Origin: Micromonosporaceae bacterium
GTDB taxonomy: Bacteria; Actinomycetota; Actinomycetes; Mycobacteriales; Micromonosporaceae
Assembly: GCA_036375165.1 (NCBI GenBank)
Contig: DASUSI010000178.1
Span: 43,086-107,085, forward strand
Reading direction: 5' to 3'
Length of the DNA stretch: 64,000 nt
The notes beneath the pieces were generated by a model. That model searched no databases, was not told where the DNA came from, and saw nothing but the letters and a program-made list of their open reading frames with translations. The stretch's first letter is position 1; each line of letters starts with the position of its first letter. A program made the translations under genes and the position numbers. This document shows positions 9,839-20,624 of the stretch, piece by piece.

Positions 9839-9867
9839 TGTGTCACTGATCAGACACACTATGTGTC
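9839..9867. repeat. nested inverted repeats TGTGTC-N8-GACACA-cta-TGTGTC (contains the CTGATCAG palindrome)
   Basis: Read directly: TGTGTC 9839-9844, GACACA 9853-9858, TGTGTC 9862-9867. Located in the divergent intergenic region between the 107-aa gene and the AlkZ/YcaQ-like gene. Confidence 0.5.
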
Positions 9868-9912
9868 TGAACGGACACCTCCGTCGCTCCCGGCGGCGAT
9901 TGGTGAGACCGT

Positions 9913-11061
9913 GTGGGAGTGGTTCGGCTCAGGCGTGTGGATGTGCTGGCGTACCGGTCGGCGGTCAGCGACCTGGCGGCGCAACAGGACGACCCAGCGG
10001 ACTGCGCGGTGTTGGACACCGGGGTTCAGGACACGCCACCCGGCGCCACCGCTTCGCGGGCGTTGCTGGCCCGGGTCCGCGAACGATCGCGGGAATCCGT
10101 TGGGCGGCTGGCGGGAGACGAGCGGTTCGCGGTACTGCATTCGGTACGCGGCACGATGCATCTGCACCGGGTCGCCGATGCCGGGTTACTGGCCGCCGGG
10201 CTGCGACCGGTGGACGCGGACGAACTCGCGGTGTCCCAGCAGGGTCCGTATTTCTTGGGACTGCGGGATGAGGGGATGACGCCGGGTGAAGCGTTCGACG
10301 ACGTGGTGGCTGCGATGCGGTCGGTGATGGCCGATGGACGGTCACGTACCAAAGGGGAGTTGAGCGGTGCGGTGACGTCCCTGGTGGATGGTCGCCTGCG
10401 GGCCTGGTGCGGGGGCTGCGGTGTGGAGCATGTCCACGACGGACTGTTCCGGTACGCGACGCTGGGCGCCGGGTTGGCGGTGGTTGTCGGCAAAGACGGT
10501 GCGAGGTTCAGGAGGTTGCCGTCCGCGGTGGCGGTGGTCGGCCGGGACCAGGCACGGCGAGTTCTGCTGCGGCGGTTCCTGCGGGCGTGCGGCCCTGTGG
10601 GCCCGGCGCGGTTCGCGGCGTGGCTCGGGGTGGCGGTGGCCGCGGCCCGGGAGGTGTGGCGGGGGGTGGAGCCGGAACTGGTGGCGGTGGAGGTGGCGGG
10701 ATGGACCGGGTGGATGCACCAGGACGACGTCGAAGCTGTGGGTGCGGCGCCGCGACCGCCGCGGTTGCGGCTGTTGCCGCCGTACGACCCGCTCACCGAG
10801 ATCGTGGACCGGGAGTTCGCGGTGCCGGATCCGGCTGAGCGCAAGCGGATCTGGCGGGCCAGTGCGAATCCTGGGGTGGTGCTGCGGCGCGGTGAGTTCG
10901 CCGGGTTGTGGCGGCAGCGCACGGTGGCGCGCCGGCTGGTGGTCACGGTCCAGCCATTCGAGGACCTGACCGGCGCCGAGGTGGATGCGGCGGTGGCGGA
11001 CGCCGAAGCGATGGCCGAGTTGGCGGGTCTTTCCGGGGCGCGGGTTCGATTGGCCGGCTGA
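9913..11061 (+). CDS. winged-helix DNA-binding domain protein, AlkZ/YcaQ (HTH_42) superfamily DNA-glycosylase-like
   Basis: About 380 aa. N-terminal ...DTGVQDTPPGATASRALLARV and central/C-terminal ...LRLLPPYDPL... motifs characteristic of this family. Confidence 0.6.
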   Translation: MGVVRLRRVDVLAYRSAVSDLAAQQDDPADCAVLDTGVQDTPPGATASRALLARVRERSRESVGRLAGDERFAVLHSVRGTMHLHRVADAGLLAAGLRPVDADELAVSQQGPYFLGLRDEGMTPGEAFDDVVAAMRSVMADGRSRTKGELSGAVTSLVDGRLRAWCGGCGVEHVHDGLFRYATLGAGLAVVVGKDGARFRRLPSAVAVVGRDQARRVLLRRFLRACGPVGPARFAAWLGVAVAAAREVWRGVEPELVAVEVAGWTGWMHQDDVEAVGAAPRPPRLRLLPPYDPLTEIVDREFAVPDPAERKRIWRASANPGVVLRRGEFAGLWRQRTVARRLVVTVQPFEDLTGAEVDAAVADAEAMAELAGLSGARVRLAG

Positions 11062-11066
11062 TCGGA

Positions 11067-12779
11067 TCAGCGAGTTCTCCGGGCACGGGAGGCGTTTTCC
11101 CGGCGTACGGTCACCTTCTTGCCTTTGATCGTGGTGCGGCGTAGTGCCGAGATCACTTCTTCGGCGGCGGCTTCGGGGACTTCCACGAGGGAAAACCGGT
11201 CGGCGATGTCGATGGCTCCGATGTCGCGGCCGGTCAAATGGGATTCCCCGGCGATGGCACCGACCAGGTCGTTGGGGCGGATCCCCGCGCGGCGGCCGAC
11301 ACCGAAGTACAGCCGGGTGCGCCCGGCCGTGGAGGGACGGCTGCCACGTTTGTCACCGCTTCGCGACGGTGGTCGGTCGGCGGCGGACCGGGTGGTGACC
11401 TCCGGGATCTCCTCCTCCTCGGTGACCGGGCCGGTCTGTGCCTGGTGGGCCAGCTTGATAGCGGCGAGCGCGACTTCCATCAGGTCGAACTCGTCGGCGA
11501 GGGTTTCCACGACCACCCGGAAGTGCTCCAGGTCGTTGCTGAGCAGGGCTTCACGCAGGGCCGCGCCGGTCAGTTCCAGGCGACGGTTGTGAAGGTCTGC
11601 GATGGAGGGGACCTGCTGGACGATGATCCGTTGCCGGGTCAGCCGTTCGATGGCTTTGAGCATCCGGTGTTCGCGTGGTTCGGCGAGGGTGATGGCGACG
11701 CCTTCGCGTCCGGCCCGGCCGACCCGGCCGATCCGATGGACGTATGACTCCGGTGCCGAGGGGACGTTGTAGTTGACCACGTGGCTGAGGTGTTCGACGT
11801 CCAGGCCGCGGGCGGCGACGTCGGTGGCGACCAGCAGGTCCGCGGTTTCGGCGCGGAGTCGTCCCATCACCCGGTCACGTTGTTCCTGGCTCATGCCGCC
11901 GTGCAGGGCTTCAGCGCGGTAGCCGCGGCCGTTGAGCGTCTCGGTGAGTTCGTCGACCTGTTCGCGGGTGCGGCAGAACACGATCGCCGCGGATGGTGCT
12001 TCCACGTCCAGGATCCGACCCAGGGCCGCGGGTTTGTAGGCGCGGGCGACCAGGTACGCGGTTTGGCGTACCCGGGGTGGTTCGCCTTCGGCGACGGGTT
12101 CGCCACCCATCTCGATCTTTACCGGGTCGCGCAGGTGCTGGCGGGCGATGCCGTCGATGCGTGGCGGCATGGTGGCGGAGAACAGCACGGTCTGCCGGTC
12201 GGTGGGGGTGCCTTCCAGGATCGCCTCGATGTCCTCGGCGAAGCCCATGTCCAGCATCTCGTCGGCTTCGTCGAGTACGACCGTCCGCAGTGCGTGCAAT
12301 CGCAGGGTGCCTCGGCGAATGTGGTCCAGGGCGCGCCCCGGGGTGGCGACCACCACGTCGACGCCGCGTTCGAGCACGCGCAGTTGCCGGGTGATCGGTT
12401 GGCCTCCGTAGATCGGCAGGACCCGGGCGGCGATTCCGCGGCCGTACCGGTGGAACGCCTCGGACACCTGCACCGCGAGTTCCCGGGTGGGTACCAGGAC
12501 CAGCGCGACCGGGTCTTTGCCTCTGCCGTCGGAGGGCATGCCCTGCAACACGGGCAGCGCGAACGCGGCGGTCTTGCCGGTGCCGGTGGCTGCCTGGCCG
12601 AGCAGGTCGTCGCCGCGCAGCAGTTGCGGGATGGCTTCGCGTTGGATCGGGGTCGGTTCCTCGTAACCGAGGGTGGACAGCGCATCGAGCAGCTCGGGGC
12701 GTAGGTTCAGGGATTCGAAACTAGTGGCGTTGGTCATGATGTCGGGTTCGGTCGTGGTGTCGGGTGTTGCCTGGCCCAT
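11067..12779 (-). CDS. DEAD-box ATP-dependent RNA helicase with C-terminal DbpA-type RNA-binding domain
   Basis: Q-motif/motif I (TPIQREAIP, AATGTGKT), DEAD (VLDEADEM), SAT, HRIGRVGRAG. C-terminal ...LYFGVGRRAGIRPNDLVGAIAGE... The track ORF (to 14384) is an antisense extension over glyA. ATG 12779 has GAGGAG 7 nt upstream; alternative ATG at 12737. Confidence 0.9.
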   Translation of the reverse strand: MGQATPDTTTEPDIMTNATSFESLNLRPELLDALSTLGYEEPTPIQREAIPQLLRGDDLLGQAATGTGKTAAFALPVLQGMPSDGRGKDPVALVLVPTRELAVQVSEAFHRYGRGIAARVLPIYGGQPITRQLRVLERGVDVVVATPGRALDHIRRGTLRLHALRTVVLDEADEMLDMGFAEDIEAILEGTPTDRQTVLFSATMPPRIDGIARQHLRDPVKIEMGGEPVAEGEPPRVRQTAYLVARAYKPAALGRILDVEAPSAAIVFCRTREQVDELTETLNGRGYRAEALHGGMSQEQRDRVMGRLRAETADLLVATDVAARGLDVEHLSHVVNYNVPSAPESYVHRIGRVGRAGREGVAITLAEPREHRMLKAIERLTRQRIIVQQVPSIADLHNRRLELTGAALREALLSNDLEHFRVVVETLADEFDLMEVALAAIKLAHQAQTGPVTEEEEIPEVTTRSAADRPPSRSGDKRGSRPSTAGRTRLYFGVGRRAGIRPNDLVGAIAGESHLTGRDIGAIDIADRFSLVEVPEAAAEEVISALRRTTIKGKKVTVRRENASRARRTR

Positions 12780-12934
12780 GGTCGGACTCCTCGTTGCCGG
12801 ACCCGTACCTGTGGGGCCCACCTGCACCGGGACTGTGGTCCGGTCCCGGGTAGGACCACGGTACGCGGCTGGGGTGGCCTTGCCGGGGACGGCGGGCCAG
12901 ACGCGGTCACCGTACCCGGGCTCCGGTAAGGTGC

Positions 12935-13022
12935 CCATCTGGGGTCGTGACTGGCGTGCTGGGATGGAACCGACCATCGGGGAGCGGCTCCTGCCGTTGC
13001 GCCGCGCGCCTGGGCCTCCCAT
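12935..13022 (+). promoter_or_regulatory. ZTP (pfl-motif) riboswitch in the glyA leader
   Basis: GGGGTCGTGACTGGCG (12941-12956), CGGGGAGCG (12978-12986) and the 3' pseudoknot element CGCGCCTGGGCC (13003-13016) match the conserved ZTP/pfl cores. CCTCC at 13015-13019 can pair with the glyA SD GGAGG at 13032-13036. Confidence 0.8.
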
Positions 13023-13040
13023 ATCAACCAAGGAGGATCC

Positions 13041-14483
13041 ATGCCGCCGACTGACGACTCCGCCGCATTCCGGCACGCCCTCGCTGTGGTGCGTCGGGTT
13101 GAACCCCGGATCGCCGATGCGATCGCCGCTGAGCTGGTCGACCAGCGGGAGTCGTTGAAGCTGATCGCCAGTGAGAACTACGCATCCCCGGCGGTGCTGC
13201 TGGCGATGGGGAACTGGTTGTCGGACAAATACGCTGAGGGCACGGTAGGACGTCGGTTCTACGCCGGTTGCCGCAATGTCGACACGGTGGAGGCGGTGGC
13301 CGCCGAGCATGCCCGGGAGCTTTTCGATGCGCCGCACGCGTACGTGCAGCCACATTCGGGTATCGACGCGAACCTGGTGGCGTACTGGGCGGTGCTGGCG
13401 CGGCGGGTGGAGGCTCCGGCGCTGGAGAAGGCGCAGGCTCGGCAGGTCAACGAGTTGACCGAGCAGGACTGGCAGGAGTTGCGGCGCCAGTTGGGCAATC
13501 AGCGGATGCTGGGGATGTCGCTGGACGCGGGTGGTCACCTCACCCACGGGTTCCGGCCGAACATCTCCGGCAAGATGTTCGAGCAGCGCAGCTACGGCAC
13601 GGATCCGGAGACCGGGCTGCTCGACTATGACGAGGTACGTCGGATTGCCCGGGAGTTTCGGCCGTTGATCCTGGTCGCCGGGTACTCGGCGTACCCCCGC
13701 AAGATTAACTTCCGCCTGATGAGGGAGATCGCCGACGAGGTCGGTGCGACCCTGCTGGTGGACATGGCGCATTTCGCCGGGCTGGTGGCGGGCAAGGTGT
13801 TCACCGGTGACTTCAACCCGGTTCCGCACGCCCAGATCGTCACCACGACCACGCACAAGTCGTTGCGTGGGCCGCGCGGCGGGATGGTGCTGTGCCAGCC
13901 GGATCTGGCGGCGCAGGTGGACCGGGGCTGCCCCATGGTGCTGGGTGGTCCACTGCCGCACGTGATGGCGGCGAAAGCGGTCGCGTTCGCTGAGGCGCGG
14001 CGGCCGGAGTTCGCCGACTACGCGCAGCGGATCGTGGCCAACGCTGCGGCGTTGGCCGACGGGTTGCTGCGGCGGGGGGCGAGCCTGGTCACCAGGGGCA
14101 CCGACAACCACCTGGTCCTCCTTGACGTGTCCGGGTACGGACTGACCGGGCGGCAGGCGGAGACGGCGTTGCTCGACGCCGGGATCGTCACCAACCGCAA
14201 CTCGGTGCCCAGGGACCCGAACGGTGCCTGGTACACCACAGGTATCCGGCTGGGCACTCCCGCGCTGACCACCCGGGGCCTGGGCACCGACGAGATGGAC
14301 CAGGTCGCAGGGCTGATCCACGCCGTGTTGAGCGAAACCCGGCCCGGTACCGGGCCGGACGGGCGGGTCTCCAAGGCGAAGCACGTGCTCGACAGCGCGG
14401 TGGCCGACCGGCTTTCGCGGCAGGCTACCGAGCTGCTGGCCGGATATCCGTTGTACCCGACGGTCGACCTGGCCGGAGTCTGA
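13041..14483 (+). CDS. glyA: serine hydroxymethyltransferase
   Basis: [13 protein letters not shown]..., SDKYAEG, PLP-lysine motif [24 protein letters not shown] at 13030-13037. Confidence 0.95.
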   Translation: MPPTDDSAAFRHALAVVRRVEPRIADAIAAELVDQRESLKLIASENYASPAVLLAMGNWLSDKYAEGTVGRRFYAGCRNVDTVEAVAAEHARELFDAPHAYVQPHSGIDANLVAYWAVLARRVEAPALEKAQARQVNELTEQDWQELRRQLGNQRMLGMSLDAGGHLTHGFRPNISGKMFEQRSYGTDPETGLLDYDEVRRIAREFRPLILVAGYSAYPRKINFRLMREIADEVGATLLVDMAHFAGLVAGKVFTGDFNPVPHAQIVTTTTHKSLRGPRGGMVLCQPDLAAQVDRGCPMVLGGPLPHVMAAKAVAFAEARRPEFADYAQRIVANAAALADGLLRRGASLVTRGTDNHLVLLDVSGYGLTGRQAETALLDAGIVTNRNSVPRDPNGAWYTTGIRLGTPALTTRGLGTDEMDQVAGLIHAVLSETRPGTGPDGRVSKAKHVLDSAVADRLSRQATELLAGYPLYPTVDLAGV

Positions 14484-14484
14484 A

Positions 14485-14524
14485 CCTGTGCGGGACAGCC
14501 ACCGCGGTGGCTGTCCCGCACAGG
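14485..14524. terminator. perfect 40-nt palindrome, probable bidirectional intrinsic terminator
   Basis: CCTGTGCGGGACAGCCACCGCGGTGGCTGTCCCGCACAGG lies between the convergent glyA (stop 14483) and the ABC permease (stop 14533). No U-tract, as is common in actinobacteria. Confidence 0.55.
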
Positions 14525-14532
14525 GGTGGGCG

Positions 14533-17094
14533 CTACTCGTACGCGATGGCTTCCAGCACGTTCAGCCGGGAGGCGCGAAACGCCGGCCACCAGGCGGCGA
14601 CCAGGCCCGCGATCACCCCTACCACCACGAACACAACCAGTTGGGCGCCGGGCAACGCGACGGTGCTCAACTGGTCCTCCTCGATCAATGCCAGCGCGAC
14701 CGCGTACCCGAGGGCAAGGCCGAGTCCGATGCCGAGGGCGCAACCGAACACCGCCATGATCACTGACTCCACGCGGATCATGCGTTTCACCTGGCGACGT
14801 GCCATCCCGATGGCTCGCAGCATCCCGAGTTCCCTGGTGCGTTCATAGATGGACAGCAGCAACGTGTTGAGGATGCCCAGGAACGCGATCAGTACCGCGA
14901 CGAGCAGCAGCACGTTGAAGATGTTCAGCGCGACGTCGATCTGCTGATTGATCTGGCGGATCATGTCGCTTCGGTCGGCGACGCTGACCAGTGGGTAGTC
15001 AGCCATCAACTTCTCGACCTCGGTGACGACGGCGTCGGTGTTGGTGCCCGCCGCCAGTTTCAGGTAGCCCTGGTTGACCAGGTCGCCAGCGAAGTACCGG
15101 GAGGCCGACGAGTCGAGGATCACCCCGCTCATGCCCAGTTCGCTGGCGTAGATCCCGACCAGCCGGTACGAGCGGTCGCCGCCTTTGGCGAGCCGGATGG
15201 TGACGCTGTCGCCGACCTCCCAGTCGTTGTCCTCGGCGGTCCTGGTGTCGACGACCGCCTCGTCGCGGGTCAGGTCACGGATCTGGCCCTGCTTCGCGGT
15301 GACCGCGAACACTGGTGTGGCGTCCGCCAGGTCGGTGGCGGCGAGGAAAGCATCCTTGCCGGCGATCCGGGCCGCTGAGAAGTACAACGGCACTGCCGCC
15401 TCGACGCCGTCGATGCCGCGGACCGCTTCGAGCTTCTCGGCGCGGAACCCCTCCTTGCCGGTCGGGGCCCGCAGGTTCAGGGTGTTGATGATCACGTCGG
15501 CGCCGCGTTTGTCGTTGAGCAGGTCCGTTGCGGTCGCCTTGAACGACGCGCCGAGCAGGCTCAGCGCCGCGACCAGCGTCACCCCGATCATCAGCGCGGC
15601 TGCGGTGACCGCGGTGCGGCGCGGGTTGCGCAACGCGTTACGTCGTCCCAGGCCGCTCGCCGCTCCCCAGGACAGCAGCCATCCGACGACACCGGCGACG
15701 GGCTTGGTCAACAGTGGGGACAGTAACGCCACACCCAGGAACACCAGCAGCACGCCGAGACCGAGCGCCCGCAGTGTGGCGTCACCCATGCCCCGCAACG
15801 CCATCGCGGTGGCCACGGACCCGGCGACGGTGAGCAGCAACCCACCGGCGACCAGCCACCGCAACGGCTTGTCGGGCCGTACCACGTCCCGCATCGCGGC
15901 GACCGGTGGCACGCTGGAGGCCCGCAGCGCGGGGGCCAGCGCCGACACCACGGTGACGGTGATGCCGGTGGCGAAGGCGATCAGCACGGTCCAGGTGTCC
16001 ACCACCAGGCCGGCGTCCGGTAGTTCCACGCCGAGCAGGCCGAACAGTGCCCGGACCGCGGCGGCCACGCCGACTCCGAACAGTAGGCCGATGGCCGAAC
16101 CGGCGGCTCCCACGATCAGCGCTTCGAGCAGCGTCGCGCCGGTGACCTGCCGGCGACTGGCCCCGAGCGCTCGGTACAGGGCGAGTTCCCGGGACCGCTG
16201 CGCCACCACGATGTTGAAGGTGTTGAAGATCAGGAAGATGCCGACCAGCAACGCCACGAATCCGAAGACGAGGAAGAACCAGTTGAGGAAACTGAGGCCT
16301 TCCTTGATCTCGCTGGCCTGTTCTTCGGCCACCTGCTCCCCGGTCTTGGCTTCAAAACCGACCGGGACCGTGCCGGCGACCCGGCGGGCGAGTTCCAGGT
16401 CGGACACGCTTCCGTCGGAGGACACGGACGCGCCTGAGTAGACGCCTTCCTTGCCGTAGAACAGTCGCTGCGCCTCGGCCATGCTGAACCCGATCAGGGT
16501 CTCACCGCCCAGCGACGCCCGGTCGCCGGTGTAGGTGAGGGTGCCGACCACGGTGAACGTGCGGGTTTCGGCCAGGCGCGGCACATACACCTTGATGGTG
16601 TCGCGGATGCCGACGGCGGCGACCTGCGCGGTGTGCCGGGTGATCGCGACCTCTCCGGCGGTGTCGGGCTGTTCGCCTTCGGCGAGTTGTAGTACGGAGT
16701 CGGCGTTGGCGAATTCTTCTGGGGTCAGCCCGACGCCGAGGGAGGGGGCGCCGCCGGTCTGCACCGCCTTGCCGGTGTCCCGGTTGAACGGGATCAGGCC
16801 CTCGGTGCCGGCGTCGCCGTACGTGTTCTCGACGCCGTCGACGCCGTCAAGTCGTCGCAGGTCAGCGTCGGTGAGCAGGGGCGGTTCGGCTTCCCGGGAG
16901 GTGTCGTCTTCGGCTCGCACCTGTACCGCGACGTCCTGGTTCACGGTCTGGAACAAGTTGTCGAATCCGGCGGAGAGGCTGTCGGTGAGCACATTCGCGG
17001 CGGATACGAATCCGACGCCGAGCACCACGGCGGTCACGGCGAGCAGCAGGCGGAGTTTACGGGACAGCAGGCCTTTGAGGGTGGCGCGCAGCAT
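14533..17094 (-). CDS. ABC transporter permease, double FtsX/MacB-type
   Basis: 853 aa. Two FtsX-like 4-TM modules separated by large extracytoplasmic regions, with the repeated motif ...RELALYRALGASRRQV... / ...RELGMLRAIGMARRQV... 1-nt overlap with the upstream ATPase gene. Confidence 0.85.
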   Translation of the reverse strand: MLRATLKGLLSRKLRLLLAVTAVVLGVGFVSAANVLTDSLSAGFDNLFQTVNQDVAVQVRAEDDTSREAEPPLLTDADLRRLDGVDGVENTYGDAGTEGLIPFNRDTGKAVQTGGAPSLGVGLTPEEFANADSVLQLAEGEQPDTAGEVAITRHTAQVAAVGIRDTIKVYVPRLAETRTFTVVGTLTYTGDRASLGGETLIGFSMAEAQRLFYGKEGVYSGASVSSDGSVSDLELARRVAGTVPVGFEAKTGEQVAEEQASEIKEGLSFLNWFFLVFGFVALLVGIFLIFNTFNIVVAQRSRELALYRALGASRRQVTGATLLEALIVGAAGSAIGLLFGVGVAAAVRALFGLLGVELPDAGLVVDTWTVLIAFATGITVTVVSALAPALRASSVPPVAAMRDVVRPDKPLRWLVAGGLLLTVAGSVATAMALRGMGDATLRALGLGVLLVFLGVALLSPLLTKPVAGVVGWLLSWGAASGLGRRNALRNPRRTAVTAAALMIGVTLVAALSLLGASFKATATDLLNDKRGADVIINTLNLRAPTGKEGFRAEKLEAVRGIDGVEAAVPLYFSAARIAGKDAFLAATDLADATPVFAVTAKQGQIRDLTRDEAVVDTRTAEDNDWEVGDSVTIRLAKGGDRSYRLVGIYASELGMSGVILDSSASRYFAGDLVNQGYLKLAAGTNTDAVVTEVEKLMADYPLVSVADRSDMIRQINQQIDVALNIFNVLLLVAVLIAFLGILNTLLLSIYERTRELGMLRAIGMARRQVKRMIRVESVIMAVFGCALGIGLGLALGYAVALALIEEDQLSTVALPGAQLVVFVVVGVIAGLVAAWWPAFRASRLNVLEAIAYE

Positions 17095-17891
17095 CAGCTG
17101 GCCTCCGTGCCCGCGGTGTCGGTGTTGGGGCCGATGTCGAGGCGTTTGAGCCGGTCGAGCACGGTCTGTGGGGTGGGGTCGCGCATTTCGTCGACGATCC
17201 TGCCGTCGGCGAGGAAGATGATCCGGTCGGCGTACGAGGCGGCGGCTGGGTCGTGGGTCACCATGACGATGGTCTGGCCGAACTGGTGGACCGAGTCGCG
17301 CAGGAAGTGCAGCACTTCAGACCCGGATTTGGAGTCGAGGTTGCCGGTGGGTTCGTCGGCGAACACAACGTCGGGTCGGGTGATCAGGGCACGCGCGCAC
17401 GCCACCCGCTGCTGTTGGCCTCCTGACAGTTCGGTGGGGCGGTGCCGGAGCCGGTCACGGAGTGCGAGGGTGTCGACCACGGTGTCGAACCACGCCCGGT
17501 CGAGTCTGCGGCCGGCGATGGACAGCGGCAGCCGGATGTTCTCCTCGGCGGTCAGCGTCGGTAGTAGGTTGAACTGCTGGAAGATGAAGCCGACCTTGTC
17601 GCGCCGTAGCCGGGTCAGCTTGGCGTCGGACAGGCCGGTGAGTTTGGTGTCTCCGATCCACACGTCGCCCTGGCTGACGGTGTCCAGTCCGGCCATGCAG
17701 TGCATCAGCGTGGACTTCCCGGATCCGGACGGGCCCATGATCGCGGTGAAGTGGCCGCGTTCCAGTTTGGTGGTCACGGCGCGTAACGCGATCACCTGTG
17801 CCTCGCCAGAGCCGTACGCCTTCCAGATCTTCTCGGTACGGGCGGCGGCGTGTGTGGTGCTGTCCGTCGTGGTTTCCACAGTGGTGGTCAC
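17094..17891 (-). CDS. ABC transporter ATP-binding protein (MacB/LolD-like)
   Basis: Walker A GPSGSGKST, Q-loop, signature LSGGQQQRVA, Walker B VVFADEPTGNLD, H-loop VTHD. Confidence 0.9.
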   Translation of the reverse strand: MTTTVETTTDSTTHAAARTEKIWKAYGSGEAQVIALRAVTTKLERGHFTAIMGPSGSGKSTLMHCMAGLDTVSQGDVWIGDTKLTGLSDAKLTRLRRDKVGFIFQQFNLLPTLTAEENIRLPLSIAGRRLDRAWFDTVVDTLALRDRLRHRPTELSGGQQQRVACARALITRPDVVFADEPTGNLDSKSGSEVLHFLRDSVHQFGQTIVMVTHDPAAASYADRIIFLADGRIVDEMRDPTPQTVLDRLKRLDIGPNTDTAGTEAS

Positions 17892-18156
17892 GCCACTGTC
17901 CCCCTCGGAGCGAATCGATCAGGTTGGACGGCGTTTACCGCCCAGGAACCGACATTAGGCGTCGGCGGCACGGGCCACCTCCGGCTTGCCCCCCAACTTC
18001 CGGCGGCCGAACCCCTACGGATCTTCCCGGGCCCGTCACCCGACTCGGTGATCAACCCGATATAGGGCTTTGTGGCAAAATTCGTTCAGTAGGGGGTGGT
18101 GCGTAGCCGTGGGTATGGCGGCCACGCACCGGGTATCGGCGGGTACGTGGTGGTCG

Positions 18157-19068
18157 TCACGCCCGCTGGTCCCCAGCAGGCGTGACGGTGGGCGCGGCGG
18201 GGAACGGGGGTGGGGTTCCGCCGAACTCCGGGCACAGTGACTGGTGATGACACCAGTCACACAGCCGGCTCGGTTTGGGTCGGAAATCACGGGCCAGGGT
18301 GGCCCGTTCGATCGCCTGCCACAGCGCCAGCAGGGTCCGTTCGAACCGCAGCAACTCCTCCAGGTGGGGCGTGTAGTCGCAGGCTTCCCGATCCGCCAGG
18401 TAGAGCAGCCGAAGCACTTTCGGCACCACTCCCCGGGCCCGCCACAGCACCAGGGCGTAGAACTTCACCTGGAACAGGGCACGGCCTTCGAAGGCCTCCC
18501 GTGGCGCACCGCCCGACTTGTAGTCGACGACGCGTACCTCACCGGCGGGCGAGATGTCGAGCCGGTCGATGATGCCGCGTAGCCGCAGCCCTTCGCCCAC
18601 GACCGCTTCGACCAGCGACTCCCGTTCGGCCGGTTGCAGCCGCTGCGGGTCCTCCAGCGTGAAGTAGCCGTCCAGCAGGGCAACCGCCGACCCGAGCCAG
18701 TCGTCGGTGAGGGCCGGATCGTCGAACAGCCGCGCCAGCTCGGGTTGTTGCTCGGTGAGTCGTCGCCACTCTGGTAACAGCACGGCGCTGGCCTGTTGTG
18801 GCGTTCGGCGCGCCGGCGGCAGGTCGAACAGTCGCTCCAGGACGGCGTGCACCAGGGTGCCGCGGGCCTGGTCGGGGGTGGTCCGTTCGGGAATCCGGTC
18901 GATCACCCGGAACCGGTACAGCAGCGGGCAGGTCTTGAAGTCGGCGGCCCGGGAGGGGGACAGCGACGGACCCTTCTCGACGGCGGTCTCGGTCGTGCCG
19001 TCCGGTGCTTGCGTGGTCGAGGTGTGGGCCCCCGGTGTCCCGGTGGTCCCGGGCATTTCCACCGTCAT
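18157..19068 (-). CDS. PD-(D/E)XK nuclease, RecB/Cas4-like with a four-Cys Fe-S staple
   Basis: N-terminal SPSRAADFKTCPLLYRFRVID, central IIDRLD...VVDYKSG (D..D/E-x-K). C-terminal CDWCHHQSLC, i.e. C-x2-C-x5-C paired with the N-terminal Cys. ATG 19068 preferred over track start 19230. Confidence 0.75.
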   Translation of the reverse strand: MTVEMPGTTGTPGAHTSTTQAPDGTTETAVEKGPSLSPSRAADFKTCPLLYRFRVIDRIPERTTPDQARGTLVHAVLERLFDLPPARRTPQQASAVLLPEWRRLTEQQPELARLFDDPALTDDWLGSAVALLDGYFTLEDPQRLQPAERESLVEAVVGEGLRLRGIIDRLDISPAGEVRVVDYKSGGAPREAFEGRALFQVKFYALVLWRARGVVPKVLRLLYLADREACDYTPHLEELLRFERTLLALWQAIERATLARDFRPKPSRLCDWCHHQSLCPEFGGTPPPFPAAPTVTPAGDQRA

Positions 19069-19135
19069 GAGTGGCAGGTTAGGGCACCGGTACGACGCGA
19101 TCGGGCACCGCCACGGCGGACGTGCCGGGAACGCC

Positions 19136-20204
<1,069 letters not shown>

Positions 20205-20228
20205 ACCCGTGGGGCCTGTCCCGGCGGT

Positions 20229-20624
20229 TCAGTCGTCGGTGTCCGGCCCCGCGATCTCGACGCCGTCGCGGGCGCGGCGGACGTGGATGCATTCGCCGGG
20301 GCACTCCCGGGCGGCGTCGATGACTTCCAGCCGGAGGTGGTCTGGCACCTCGGTGTGGGCTCCTGGCTCGGTGAGCAGGGCCCCACCGGTCGTCTTGACG
20401 TACGCCAGCCCGTCGATGTCGAATTCGAAGACGTCGGGGGCGTACTGCACGCACAATCCGTCGCCGGTGCACAGGTCCTGGTCGATCAACACCCGCAGAC
20501 GTTCCCCGTCGACGGGGGCCGCGTCGGCGGTGGCGCCAGCGGACGCTGGTTTCGTGGAAGACAGGGCACACACCTCCTCGACGGATCTTCGGTCAAGGGT
20601 AGAGCCCCCAGGCGGGCCCGGCAT
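20229..20624 (-). CDS. ferredoxin (single-cluster actinobacterial type)
   Basis: Core VLIDQDLCTGDGLCVQYAPDVFEFD...AARECPGECIHV. Start very uncertain: ATG 20624, or an internal GTG just before VLIDQDLC. Confidence 0.6.
   Translation of the reverse strand: MPGPPGGSTLDRRSVEEVCALSSTKPASAGATADAAPVDGERLRVLIDQDLCTGDGLCVQYAPDVFEFDIDGLAYVKTTGGALLTEPGAHTEVPDHLRLEVIDAARECPGECIHVRRARDGVEIAGPDTDD

Noticed and set aside
11067-14384. 1,105-aa minus-strand ORF in the track, which would be the longest minus-strand gene in the window
   Set aside because: Only the C-terminal 570 codons (11067-12779) look like a protein (DEAD-box helicase). The N-terminal half is Arg/Pro/Gly-rich antisense of glyA and of the riboswitch region. 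ATG 12779 has a GAGGAG RBS.
17892-18156. 265-nt gap upstream of the ABC transporter operon, with small track ORFs and an AT-richer patch (gatatagggctttgtggcaaaattcg)
   Set aside because: No RBS-supported ORF, no riboswitch-like conserved core and no strong palindrome. Probably just the promoter and 5'-UTR.
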